Origin: Octopus sinensis
Taxonomy: Eukaryota
Direction: 5' to 3'
DNA length: 64,000 bases
NCBI RefSeq assembly: GCF_006345805.1
Contig: NC_043006.1
Coordinates: 103,230,001 to 103,294,000 of the forward strand
The position numbers and the translations under genes were made by a program. The notes beneath the pieces are model-generated. The model searched no databases. It was not told the DNA's origin and saw only the letters and a program-made list of their open reading frames with translations. This document shows positions 39,582 to 52,477 of the stretch, piece after piece (position 1 is the first letter of the stretch; every line of letters begins with the position of its first letter).

Positions 39582-40019
39582 TAGGTAAAGGCGCATGTAG
39601 GTAAAGGCGGCGAGCTGGCAGAAACGTTAGCACGCCGGGCGAAAAGTGTAGTCGTATTTCGTCTGCCGTGACGTTCTGAGTTCAAATTCCGCCGAGGTCG
39701 ACTTTGCCTTTCATCCTTTCGGGGTCGATAAATTAAGTACCAGTTACGCACTGGGGTCGATATAATCGACTTAACCCGTCTGTCTGTCCTTGTTTGTCTC
39801 ATCTGTGTTTAGCCTCTTCCGGGTAGTAAAGAAATAGGTATTTCGTCTGCCGTTACGTTCTGAGTTCAAATTCCACCGAGTTCGACTTTGCCTTTCATCC
39901 TTTCGGGGTCGATAAATTAAGTACCAGTTACGCACTGGGGTCGATATAATCGACTTAACCCGTCTGTCTGTCCTTCTTTGTCTCATCTGTGTTTAGCCCC
40001 TTCCGGGTAGTAAAGAAAT
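39582..40019 (+). mobile_element. SINE with head plus two tandem ~183-bp bodies
   Basis: 17-bp TSD aggtatgtaggtcaacg (39565-39581 and 40020-40036); internal junction gtagtaaagaaatag|gtatttcgtctgccg near 39836. Confidence 0.92.
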
Positions 40020-40419
40020 AGGTATGTAGGTCAACGCCTGCAGGAAAGGCATAGACTAGAAAAAAAGTTCCAGCTGACCGATGTTTCGGAGAGGCGCCAC
40101 TGAGATAGTCTTTGGAGGTGCGTATGATGGGTTTTGACGTAACGAGAGTGACGAGAGCAAGACTGAGAAATGGGAGAGTCTACCATAGCTCTGGAAGTTA
40201 GATAATCGTTTATTGTAGAGATTATATAGTTACGAGCTACCAATAGTTTCATACATTCGAGATGTTGTCTAGGCAGTCAACATCTAATGCATGGAACTAT
40301 TAGTAGCTTGTGACTTTATAGTATGTACATTAAATAAAATCTCTTACTGGATGGAGTAATTTTTATGTTGATCTTACCTAAGCGGAAAAGTAAACTACAG
40401 ACATACATATATACATAAA

Positions 40420-40592
40420 AACCCCTCTTTTTCTCTCTCCTTGTTTCTCTCCTGGTTTTTCTGTGTCCCTTTCTGTAGAAGAGCGTTGGTTCGAATCGTA
40501 AATACATTTTCTATTCCTGAGCGTTATACTCATACATCTGTTTGTTTTGTACACCACCTGTCTTCGTCTTTTGTTTTTTTCGTAAACTCTCC

Positions 40593-40593
<1 letters not shown>
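40420..40593 (+). mobile_element. Penelope-type pLTR fragment, family A
   Basis: CTGTAGA at 40473-40479, with degenerate stem II and GAAT; 3' end abuts (CTAT)n at 40593-40863. Confidence 0.6.
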
Positions 40594-40687
<94 letters not shown>

Positions 40688-40751
40688 CCTATCTCTCTCT
40701 CTCTCTCTCTCTATCTATCTCTCTATCTATCTATCTCTATCCATATATCTT

Positions 40752-40831
<80 letters not shown>

Positions 40832-40832
40832 C

Positions 40833-40864
<32 letters not shown>

Positions 40865-41094
40865 ACGTCTGTGTATGTAAGTATATATTTATATACACCT
40901 GTGTGTTTATGTATATATTTGTATATATATTTATAGTGTGCATATATATTTATACACGTACACCAACACACACACACACGCACACGCACATTAATACACA
41001 AATATACATCCAGCCATATATATATATATATCCACATATAATTACATACACATAATTATACCTATATATCTAAATTTCTCTCTCTCTGAATATA

Positions 41095-41200
41095 TGTAAG
41101 GAAAGAAGGAAAGAACGAGGTTTTAACGTTCCGAGCGGAGCTCTTCGTCAGAAACATAGGAAAAGGAAAGATCCAAGGAAGCGAAGACGGAGGAAAAAAA
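41095..41200 (-). mobile_element. Penelope-type pLTR fragment, family B
   Basis: Minus strand: gttt-CTGACGA-a-gagc-tcc-gctc-GGAA-CG-TT-aaaac (41122-41155). Confidence 0.6.
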
Positions 41201-42005
41201 ATACACACACACATACATACATTAGTATGTATGCGTGTCTATGTGTATGTATGTGTATGTATATTTATGTATATCTATGTGTGTGTGTATGTATGTATGC
41301 AAAAAAGCTAATATTCAGTTTATCGGAAGTTCATCGGCCGGAACATATTTTCGTATCGTTAAAGGAAATATAAATCAAGGAGATCCAAAAAAAGAAAGAA
41401 AAGAAAAGTAAAAAACGGGGAGATCCAAAGAAACAAATAACAAAGTTTAAGAAAATGATTACAAAATAACGACTAACAATAAGATTGGAAATATCTGATA
41501 CACTTAAAGGCAGAGGATACTACATTATTTACCATTATATGGAATCGTTGTGCAGAAAAGGATTCCTGTTTATAAGGTTGACGGCCACTGGGCAAGACAG
41601 ATCAGCTGATTCCGCCCTTGTGGCCGTAGCAGATGGTTAAGATCCGTCACCGAAATAAACGGGAGTCTTTTTATGCAGCACGAGTCCATATAAATGGTCG
41701 CCTTATGGTAAATAACGCGGTGTTCTTTGTTCTAACATAATATCCACTTTAAGTGGGAGATAAATACTACCTTTTGATATTAATACTGCATCTGCGGCTA
41801 TTAATAATTTCATACACTTTGAATTGACCATTTCATTACAATAAATTTTGTCTTAGGTGTTCAATGAAATGTTGTTTCACTATAAGATGCGAATGCATAA
41901 TAGACAATTTTCACTTATAATAAGATTTTGATGTATAGCAGAGTTCAATAAATAATAAATATTGCATATTGACTTGATTTAAGATTTTGTATAGAACCAT
42001 CGAGC

Positions 42006-42068
<63 letters not shown>

Positions 42069-42107
42069 TATAATAATAATAATAATAACAATAATAATAA
42101 TAATAAT

Positions 42108-42682
42108 ATGCACTACCAGGCAGAGATGCCCTGATGCAGTACCAGGCAGAGGCTCCCATGGCTTCTGATCTTAACTGATTGGAAGTGTTATCATGTACAT
42201 TGTTTTGTCTTGGTATAAAAGATGGGCTACAGCAAATATTCTGCTCAATACCACAGATTTGCTTGTCAGTTGTTTGACCTTAACCAGTTGAGCATGTCCC
42301 TTAGTGGCTGACGATATGTGCATCTCTGATCACGAGCAGAAGTAGTGGGGGAGCATCATAGCCATGTGTTGAGAGGGATTCTTTGGGGGTTTGAATAATT
42401 CACCTCTGGAAACATGGGTGGTTCTTTCAACATCCTTAAACAACCCTTATTCAGGGACCTTTTGAGCGGGATGGGCTACTCAACCTGAAGAAAATTCTAA
42501 CAGGGCCCCACCCGCAAGGTCATGTGCTGTTTATCTTGATATGAGATCACCATGTCGCGCACATATGGTTGTGATGCATGTGCCTGGTGTACCCTTATCA
42601 GATGGGTAGTCATGATGGGTATATTGGGCTTCGTATATTTTACCCCAGTGTCACTTTGATGGCATGAACTGCTCTCTCACTC
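42108..42682 (+). mobile_element. 575-bp non-coding retroposon embedded in (TAA)n, copy A
   Basis: Flanked by TAA repeats; identical by eye to 42807-43381; related copies at 47221-47663 and 54340-54895. Confidence 0.8.
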
Positions 42683-42713
<31 letters not shown>

Positions 42714-42806
42714 TAATGATGATAATAATGATAATAATAATAATAATAATAATAAAATAATAATGATAATAATAATAATAATAATAACAATAATAATAAT
42801 AATAAT

Positions 42807-43381
42807 ATGCACTACCAGGCAGAGATGCCCTGATGCAGTACCAGGCAGAGGCTCCCATGGCTTCTGATCTTAACTGATTGGAAGTGTTATCATGTACATT
42901 GTTTTGTCTTGGTATAAAAGATGGGCTACAGCAAATATTCTGCTCAATACCACAGATTTGCTTGTCAGTTGTTTGACCTTAACCAGTTGAGCATGTCCCT
43001 TAGTGGCTGACGATATGTGCATCTCTGATCACGAGCAGAAGTAGTGGGGGAGCATCATAGCCATGTGTTGAGAGGGATTCTTTGGGGGTTTGAATAATTC
43101 ACCTCTGGAAACATGGGTGGTTCTTTCAACATCCTTAAACAACCCTTATTCAGGGACCTTTTGAGCGGGATGGGCTACTCAACCTGAAGAAAATTCTAAC
43201 AGGGCCCCACCCGCAAGGTCATGTGCTGTTTATCTTGATATGAGATCACCATGTCGCGCACATATGGTTGTGATGCATGTGCCTGGTGTACCCTTATCAG
43301 ATGGGTAGTCATGATGGGTATATTGGGCTTCGTATATTTTACCCCAGTGTCACTTTGATGGCATGAACTGCTCTCTCACTC
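42807..43381 (+). mobile_element. 575-bp non-coding retroposon embedded in (TAA)n, copy B (tandem duplicate, period 699 bp)
   Basis: No differences from copy A found by eye; flanking TAA interruptions are also shared. Confidence 0.8.
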
Positions 43382-43426
43382 AATAATAATATAATAATAA
43401 TAATAATAATAATGATGATAATAATG

Positions 43427-43471
<45 letters not shown>

Positions 43472-43489
43472 TAATAATAATAATGTTTT

Positions 43490-45020
43490 AAAAGGATTGA
43501 CGTAACACTTCATAAAGGTAAACAGTCAAGACAAAGATCGCGATTCGATTGTAATAGATATTTTGTTGGTTGAACGATATTTCGACAGTGAGTCTGTCTT
43601 TGTCAAGTTCAAAATAAGAGGTGATAAAATTTCAGAATTATAGAAATTTATATTTAAAGTATGAACAAGAGCAACCTGCGTCCACAGGTTGATGGAATTA
43701 CATCACCAGTCTTTAAGTTTCAATTTTATAACAAGCGAAAAGAATACGACAGAAAAAATGGCAAAAAAAAAACAGAGGAATGAAAAAAGAAGAAAGAAAA
43801 GGAAAAGAAGAATATTCAATCAAACAGTTTTGTATAAATTTGATGATATTCTCTTTTCATTTTATTCATTCCTGCAGGACATGATGTTAATAACCCGCAA
43901 ACATATTTCTCCTCATACACTCTGAGAAGTGAAAGCGAAGTAGATTCAGAATATTTTCTGAGGATATGCACTTTCAAGTCTTCTTCAAAATTTCAGCCGC
44001 TCGAAACGAAATGTTTGGCAAGTTCTGTGGAACTACTGTTATTGTGCCTAACGTCGAATCTGTGGCCATCAAATTTTTTCTTTAATTGTTCTGTTGTATA
44101 ACCAACATAAATCAAGTCGTGTTTCATGCATTCTGCCGCGTACTCCAAACGGGAAACTCTACATGTCCCACTTTCTGTATAAATGATAACATTTCCGTCA
44201 TGATTCCTGATGGAATTCACTTGACTCATGTTGTTGCACAATGAACAGGGCTTACCTCTCTTGCGGATACTACAGGGTGCAGATACACCAATGTTCATTT
44301 TCTTGGATTCAGAAATAGAGGTCAATGATTCTCTAATATTCTTATTCCGTCTAAAGGCTACACTAAGCGGCTGAAGAATATCTGTTTGAAACGAGGATAT
44401 TTTTTCGCAACATGCTGGTAACTTTCATGCAACATTTTTGAAATGCCAGCAACCTTTCGGTGCCAGTTAATCACTAAAAGAATTCTATCATCTATTATAT
44501 TGTGTTTACCAAAATCATGCGTGAGTGTTTGGCTTTCTTTGCTAATCTTAGCTATTTCATTTGCTGTTTCCTTTAATCGTGATTCACTGTAACCGCGTTT
44601 GATATAATGATGTACAAAAGCATTTTCATGTTTCCATTCATCCCCTATTTCATGCAAATCCGATTTATCCTCAAAAATTGGGATTTCAGATTTGACCGAA
44701 TAATATGGTGTGGATTATCAGAGTGGCGGTGGAGATAAATGCGGATGACGTGGCTCGCAAAATAACTCTGTCACTATTCTGCCCCAAGAAAACTTAACTT
44801 TTATGTCCAGAACCTAGATGTAAATTTTATGTTGGACTCAAAGCCATCGGGTTTAGCATAACAGCCACAGAAAAGCAACAAGTCCATTAAATTATTTTGT
44901 GATCCTTCCCAGAGAAAAATACGTCATCAGTGAACCATAACCAGAGTATTGGTTCATGACCATGAAGGGATTTGAATGTCTTCAGTAACTGTGTCTGGAA
45001 TTTCGTCATGAAGACATTTA
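43490..45020 (-). mobile_element. Penelope-like element: RT C-terminal half, GIY-YIG endonuclease and 3' pLTR
   Basis: INVFMTKFQ...ILWLWFTDDVFF (RT); CRVSRLEYAAEC...LIYVGYTTEQLKKKFDGHRFD (GIY-YIG with Cys spacer); ORF ends LLTSCPAGMNK* near 43857; hammerhead follows at 43570-43612. Confidence 0.88.
43570..43612 (-). ncRNA. Minimal type I hammerhead ribozyme with U3-A8 core variant
   Basis: ttgaac-TTGACAA-a-gacag/actca/ctgtc-GAAA-ta-TC-gttcaa. Perfect 6-bp stem I, 5-bp stem II closed by G10.1-C11.1, palindromic loopless stem III (AUAU), AUC cleavage triplet. Confidence 0.78.
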
Positions 45021-45029
45021 TCTTCCCCG

Positions 45030-45800
45030 CCGCTCCGATCAACCACATCCGTAACACATTTGTTATCCACGGTAACACATCCGATCATCCACGCCCCTAA
45101 CACATCGGTCACGGTGCCCTCACAAATCGCCTCTCCTAATTTCACGCTCCTAAGTTCACGCTCTAATCTATTCTTTTTTCTATTGCTGATATTTTGCTAA
45201 ACGCTAATGAATCTCCTGTCATCACCCTCTTCAGGTCGATCCACCACCGATTGTTTACGATTGTCCCTGTCAGTTGCCGCCCAGCGAGTTCATTAATCTG
45301 GTCGCTCTAGTCTTTGCGTGCCGGAAAAAAACGCGTTTAATTTTTAGTGTCCGGATCCTTTTCTACTGGTCCTATCTAACTCGATTATGCAGATCTCAAA
45401 GTTGTGATCTGTTTAGCTAATTTAAATTGTGAACAACCTACGCTGTCCCTATTCACTGACCTAACCAATACTCTATCTATATACGATGTGACTGATCCAT
45501 TGTGGTTGCTCCATGTCCATATTGGCACATCAGGGAAATTCAGGCGGTATCTCTCAAACATATGAAATTTTCTAAGCATGTTTCCAAGGCTTTTGTATTC
45601 ACTTCTATGTATTAGCCCTACACAGACTTTTCGTGTGTTCAAGATATTATTCCAGTCTCCCCACCAGTACTAATTTGTGAAACATTCACAGGAAAATTTC
45701 AAGACCCCTGCAGAAATCTGGCCTTCCAGCCCCTATCGGAGCATACACGGCTATCAACCTAAAGGCGCCACCTTCGCTGCCATTCACGTCTAGGACTAGT
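45030..45800 (-). pseudogene. Tx1/L1-clade LINE ORF2 5' fragment (APE endonuclease and linker)
   Basis: LVLDVNGSEGGAFRLIAVYAP...LVLVGDWNNILN...WTWSNHNGSVTSYIDRVLVR, i.e. APE motifs GDxN and SxIDR. Confidence 0.85.
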
Positions 45801-45804
45801 CATA

Positions 45805-45894
45805 ACACCAACTTGAACTTCTAACTTGTGGTCTTTTGAGGTCTTTGGATGAGATTTGGAGTCAACTTGTACAAATACAAAGCAAAAGCCAAAC
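45805..45894 (+). mobile_element. Severely 5'-truncated R4/Dong 3' UTR
   Basis: ttgaggtctttggatgagatttggagtcaacttgtacaaatacaaagcaaaagccaaac matches the 3' ends of the copies at 23901 and 54161; followed directly by (TAA)n. Confidence 0.85.
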
Positions 45895-45895
45895 A

Positions 45896-46130
45896 TAATG
45901 ATAATAATAATAATAATAATAATAATAGTAGTAATAATAATATAATAATCTAATAATAATAATAATAATAATAAATAATAAAATAATAATAATAATAATA
46001 ATAATGTAATAATAATAATAATAATAATAATAGTAATAATAATAATAATAAATAATAATAATAATAATAGTAATAATAGTAATAATAATAGTAATATAAT
46101 AATAATATAATAATAATAATAATAATAATA

Positions 46131-46161
<31 letters not shown>

Positions 46162-46249
46162 TAGTAATAATAATAATATAATAATATATAATAGTAATAA
46201 TAATAATAATATAATAATAATATAATAATAATAATAATAATAATAATAG

Positions 46250-46292
<43 letters not shown>

Positions 46293-46386
46293 TAATAGTA
46301 TAATAATAATAATAATAATAATAGTAATAATATAATAATAATAATAATAGTAATATAATAATATATAATATAATAATAAATAATAA

Positions 46387-46420
<34 letters not shown>

Positions 46421-46423
46421 GTA

Positions 46424-46461
<38 letters not shown>

Positions 46462-46706
46462 GTATAATAATAAATAATAATAATAATACTATAATAATAA
46501 TAATATAATAATAATATAATAATAATAATAGTAGTAATAATAATAATAATAGTTAATAATAATAATAATATAATATATAATATAATAATAATAATAATAA
46601 TAGTAATAATATAATATAGTAATAATAATAGTAATAATAATAATAATAAATAATATAATAGTAATAATAATAATAATAATAATATATAATAATAATATAA
46701 TAATAT

Positions 46707-46745
<39 letters not shown>

Positions 46746-46782
46746 TAATAATAATAATATATAATAATAAATAATAATAATA

Positions 46783-46813
<31 letters not shown>

Positions 46814-46878
46814 TATAATAATAATATAATAGTAATAATAATAATAATAATATAATAATAGTAATACTAATAATAATA

Positions 46879-46912
<34 letters not shown>

Positions 46913-46998
46913 GTAATAATAATAATAATAATATTAATAATAATAATAATATAATAATAATAATAATAATAATAGTAATAATAATAATAATAATAATA

Positions 46999-47037
<39 letters not shown>

Positions 47038-47128
47038 GTAGTAATATAATAATAATAATAGTAATAATAAATAATAATAATAATAATAATAATATAATAA
47101 TAATAATAATAGTATAATAATAATAATA

Positions 47129-47173
<45 letters not shown>

Positions 47174-47220
47174 TAATAATAATAGTAATAATAATAATAA
47201 TAATAGTAATAATAATAATA
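45896..47220. repeat. ~1.3-kb imperfect (TAA)n array with TAG variants
   Basis: Direct inspection; a further TAA tract lies at 47664-47978. Confidence 0.95.
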
Positions 47221-47663
47221 ATCTGCTCAATACCACAGATTTGCTTGTCAGTTGTTTGGCCTTAACCAGTTGAGCATGTCCCTTAGTGGCTGACGATATG
47301 TGCATCTCTGATCACGAGCAGAAGTAGTGGGGGAGCATCATGGCCATGTGTTGAGAGGGATTCTTTGGGGTTTGAATAATTCACCTCTGGAAACATAGGT
47401 GTTTCGTTCAACATCCTAAAGCAACCCTTATTCAGGGACCTTTTGAGCAGGATGGGCTACTCAACCTGAAGAAAATTCTAACTGGGATCCACCTGCAAGG
47501 TCATGTGCTGTTTATCTTGATATGAGATCACCATGTCGCGCACATATGGTTGTGATGCATGTGCCTGGTGTACCTTTATCAGACGGGTAGTCATGATGGG
47601 TATATTGGGCTTCGTATATTTTACCCCAGTGTCACTTTGATGGCATGAACTGCTCTCTCACTC
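47221..47663 (+). mobile_element. TAA-embedded retroposon, 5'-truncated copy C
   Basis: Starts internally (ctgctcaataccacag) and keeps the common 3' end ctctctcactc(aat)n. Confidence 0.8.
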
Positions 47664-47695
47664 AATAATAATAATAATATAATATAATAATAATA

Positions 47696-47733
<38 letters not shown>

Positions 47734-47737
47734 GTAG

Positions 47738-47770
<33 letters not shown>

Positions 47771-47784
47771 GAATAATAATAATA

Positions 47785-47825
<41 letters not shown>

Positions 47826-47843
47826 GTAATAATAATAATAATA

Positions 47844-47896
<53 letters not shown>

Positions 47897-47935
47897 TAAT
47901 AATACTATAATAAAATAATAATAATAATAATAATC

Positions 47936-47978
<43 letters not shown>

Positions 47979-47979
<1 letters not shown>

Positions 47980-48560
47980 GGTTCTGAACATAAATGCAGA
48001 TTCTGCGACACATTTGACGAAACAATTGACCCTCTCGTCTCGAGATGTCCTGTTCTGACACCAAACGAATACAAAAATCGCCATGATAGGGTCGTACAGT
48101 ATTTACACTGGAAAATATGTGAACACTACAAAATCAGGACTCATGCTTACTGATATGAACACAATCCTGAGCCAGTTGTGGGAGGTAAAAATGCTACTAT
48201 GCTCTGGAATTTTCCAGTCAACACTGACAGGTGAATCGAACACACATAATTATCAAAGACCGGTAAGAAAATACTTGCAGACAAATAAACAGATGTAAGT
48301 GTTCCCACTGATAAAAATATATCTCTGAAGGAATTTGACAAACTAAGTAAATATAAAGATCTGGAAATTGAAAGGCAAAAGATGTGGCATCTTAAAACGA
48401 GAACTGTTCTTATTATTGTAGGTGCTCTAGGTATGATAAAAAAGGTGTTTCAGAAACATCTAGATAAGATTCCAGAAGAACCTTGTCTTAGAGAAATCCA
48501 AAAGATTCTACTGACAAGTATTGCCCACATCCTTAGAAAAACCGCATCCATTTCAAAGTC
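47979..48560 (+). mobile_element. R4/Dong-clade fragment (CCHC and RLE domain), diverged subfamily
   Basis: CRFC...ETIDPLVSRCPVL...RHDRVVQYLHW...KLSKYKDLEIERQKMWHLKTRTVLIIVGALG; begins directly after (TAA)n. Confidence 0.88.
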
Positions 48561-48669
48561 TGTGTTTCATTACATGAAGATATGTCACTACTTCCTCTCC
48601 CCAAGCTTTCGGTCATACTGTAACATCTCTTATCCTTCACTTACCCCAGGACAATGGGTGTGTCTTGGC

Positions 48670-49008
48670 AAATGATTGTAGCAAACTGGTACTAATTTTA
48701 TTGACCCCGAAGGGATAGAAGCCAAGGATTACCTCAGTGGATTGTAAACTCAGAACGTAACGGCAGACGAAATACCTATTTCTTTACTGCCCACAAGGGG
48801 CTATACACAGAGAGGACAAACAAGGACAGACAAATGGATTAAGTCGATTACATCAACCCCTGTGTGTAACTGGTACCTAATTTATCGACCCTGAGAGGAT
48901 GAAAGGCAAAGTCGACCTCGGCGGAATTTGAACTCAGAACGTAACGGCAGACGAAATACGGCTACGCATTTCGCCCGGCGTGCTAACGTTTCTGCCAGCT
49001 CGCCGCCT
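48670..49008 (-). mobile_element. SINE with head, body and a second partial body
   Basis: Same junction as 39836: minus strand ...gcagtaaagaaatag|gtatttcgtctgccgttacgttctgag. Confidence 0.85.
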
Positions 49009-49373
49009 TAACAGCAACAACAACAACAGCAATATATAATATTGTTTAAAATCAGGTCAAATTTATATTAAAAAAAAACTTGATACAAGCAACTTTGTTA
49101 CCTAATCAGACATCAAATAAAAAATGAGACTTAAAATATAATGTTCTTGATATATATATGTAGTAAGACTGAAGACATAATGAGATTGGTATATAAGATT
49201 TGAAACATAATGGACTGTGATGTATAATACGATTTGATGTATAATGACTTTAGGATAGAACAGATCTTAAAAGATGATTTCGTTCATAGTAGTAAAACAA
49301 AAGACAGTCTAACAGGGTATGTCTAGTCTAGTTCGTAGAGAAAATGTACATAAATATATATATGCATACACAG

Positions 49374-49404
<31 letters not shown>

Positions 49405-49683
49405 CTCTCTCATACACAGAAATATATGTAAATACATACATACTTATATTTATATATACATATATATATATATATATATACATGTATGTATATATAAATA
49501 TAAATGCGCACACATATTTATATATATATTATATGTATGTAGACGTATGTATAATGCATGCAAATGTACGATTTTGTGCGCATACACAGACATACACACA
49601 CATCCATATACATAGATGATAAATAATTGTGCGTGTATGTGCATGTGTGTATATGTGTGTGTATCTGTATCGATATCTATATA

Positions 49684-49728
<45 letters not shown>

Positions 49729-50240
49729 GGGGGGTAGAGAGAGGAGAGGAAGAAAGAGAAAGAGACAGAGAGAGGGAATATAAATATTCACTTACAAATA
49801 CACACACATACACACATGTATGTATATGTATATGTACGTAGGAGAGTATGGGAAGTGCGTGTCTGATGATGTTTTTGTCTAACTCTCTGAGTGTACCTAG
49901 TGTATTTTATTCTTTGTAATGGAACACATGTTTAGAGATATATGAAGTTGTTAAAAGTCAACTGTCAAGATTAGTAATTGCAATCGTAGATAACGTCAAC
50001 AATGGCTGCAACTATTGAAAATGACGTGTATTATCATTTCAATCAATCAGTTGATATTTTATTTCTTGCTTCTGCTTTTGTCTTTGATTAAAAACCATAA
50101 ACAAAATTTTCAGTCGGCAACTTTTCAACAATTGACGGTTGTGTCACATATCAGACATGAAAAAAGAGGTAGGGAAGTCTAGCTTGTAACTGTTTCAACT
50201 CGAGCTTGAAGCCAAATTTATTTTATGAAGTACCTAAAAC

Positions 50241-50470
50241 CTATTTCTTTACTACCCACAAGGGGCTAAACACAGAGAGGACAAACAAGGACAGACGAAC
50301 GGATTAAGTAGATTATATCGACCCCAGTGCGTAACTGGTACTTATTTAATCGACCCCGAAAGGATGAAAGGCAAAGTCGACCTCGGCGGAATTTGAACTC
50401 GGAACTAAACGGCAGACGAAATACGGCTACGCATTTCGCCCGGCATGCTAACGTTTCTGCCAGCTCGCCG
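50241..50470 (-). mobile_element. SINE monomer of the same family
   Basis: cggcgagctggcagaaacgttagc...gggtagtaaagaaataggt. Confidence 0.88.
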
Positions 50471-50619
50471 AAAATGCAGGAATTCCCGATAATCTAAACG
50501 ACCTTTTGTGAATTTCGTTGTGTATTGTAGTCACATATCAGCTGTTAACGAATAGTTACATGTGACCCAAGTCAGATGTTGTCTGACGACCAGGTAACAA
50601 GACACGCATAGTCGCTGGT

Positions 50620-50861
50620 TTACTCTTACTCTCTTTACTCTTTTACTTGATTCAGTCATTTAACTGCGGCCATGCTGGAGCACCGCCTTTAGTCGAGCAA
50701 ATCGACCCCGGGACTTATTCTTTGTAATCCCAGTACTTATTCCATCGGACTCTTTTGCCGAACCGCTAAGTGACGGGGACGTCAACACACCAGCATCGGT
50801 TGTCAAACAATGCTAGAGGGACAAACACAGACACAGAAACACACACACACACACATACACA

Positions 50862-50944
<83 letters not shown>

Positions 50945-51103
50945 GACAGGCTTCTTTCAGTTTCCGTCTATCAAATCCACTCACAAGGCTTTGGTCGGCC
51001 CGGGGCTGTAGCAGAAGACACTTGCCCAAGATGCCACGCAGTGGGACTGAACCCGGAACCATGTGGTTGGTTAACAAACTACTTACCACACAGCCACTCC
51101 TGT
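50620..51103 (-). mobile_element. Full-length CORE-like SINE with internal (TA)n(TG)n
   Basis: Reverse complement aligns end to end with 61460-61876. Confidence 0.9.
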
Positions 51104-51342
51104 TTGTTTAATTCTACTCAAAACTGACCTCGTAAACCTACGTGAATGACATAGACGATGGACGTACAATTCGGATTGAGCCCCTATTGGTCAGTTGCAT
51201 GGTCGTCGACTGTTGCTAACACACCCATCCCCCATCCGGTCATATCTGGTCGAAGAGAGTTCTAGAACTCCGATGATAACCGTGTCAAATAAGCCAAATA
51301 TGACCGTCCCATCTACCGTCTATAGATTCTGTGATGTCATAT

Positions 51343-51716
51343 TGGAAGCACTCCGTCGGTTACAACGATGAGGGTTCCGGTTGATCCGAATCAACGGAAC
51401 AGCCTGCTCGTGAAATTAACGTGTAAGTGGCTGAGCACTCCACAGGCACGTGTACCCTTAACGTAGTTCTCGGGGATATTCAGCGTGACACAGAGAGTGA
51501 CAAGGCCGGCTCTTTGAAATACAGGTACAGCTGAAACAGGAAGTAAGAGTGAGAGAAAGCTGTGGTGAAAGAGTACAGCAGGGATCACCAACATCCCCTG
51601 CCGGAGCCCCGTGGAGCTTTAGGTGTTTTCGCTCACTAAATACTCACAACGAATCGAAACCGCGATCCTATGACCGCGAGTCCGCTGCCCTAACCACTGG
51701 GCCATTGCGCCTCCAC
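51343..51716 (-). mobile_element. tRNA-derived SINE (head 1, tail Y)
   Basis: Homologous to 36076-36464; TSD tgtgatgtcatat (51330-51342 and 51718-51730). Confidence 0.92.
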
Positions 51717-52017
51717 ATGTGATGTCATATATTGGTCTTGAAATGTGAGTTACTGTTTAAGCCCATACTGGATACTTGTACATAAGTCATTGTGACACAT
51801 TCATTAGTCTTGTCTATGTCTATCGATTGTGATGAAGATCGAAACGCAGGTAGATATTTATGAAACGATTGTTTACCTGTCATGAAGAATTTGGCAATAA
51901 TTTTAGAAAGTCAAGAATTCGGATTTTTTCTTTCGTTAGTAGCATATTGATTTATTACATTTTGGTATCCTTTCAGATCTTCTCAAGATACACCGTACTT
52001 GAATACAAAGTTGTCAT

Positions 52018-52039
52018 CAACAACAACAACACCAACAAC

Positions 52040-52083
<44 letters not shown>

Positions 52084-52094
52084 TAATAATAATG

Positions 52095-52130
<36 letters not shown>

Positions 52131-52187
52131 TAATAATAATAATAATAATAATAATAAGAAGAAGAAGAAGAAGAAGGAGAGGAAGAA

Positions 52188-52219
<32 letters not shown>

Positions 52220-52477
52220 AGAAGAACAAGAAGAAGAAGAAGAAGAAGAAGAGAAGAAGAAGAAGAAGAAGAAGAAGAAGAAGAAGAAGAAGAAGAGAAG
52301 AAGAAGAAAGAAGAAGAAGAAGAAGAAGAAGAAGGAGAGGAAGAAGAAGAAGAACAAGAAATAGAAGAAGAAGGAGAGGAAGAAGAAGAAGAAGAAGAAG
52401 AAGAAGAAGAAGAAGAAGAAGAAGAAGAAGAAGAAGAAGAAGAAGAAGAAGAAGAAGAAGAAGAAGAAGAAGAAGAA
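52018..52477. repeat. Compound (CAA)n(TAA)n(GAA)n tract
   Basis: Source of the 245-aa poly-N/I/R/E ORF. Confidence 0.95.
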
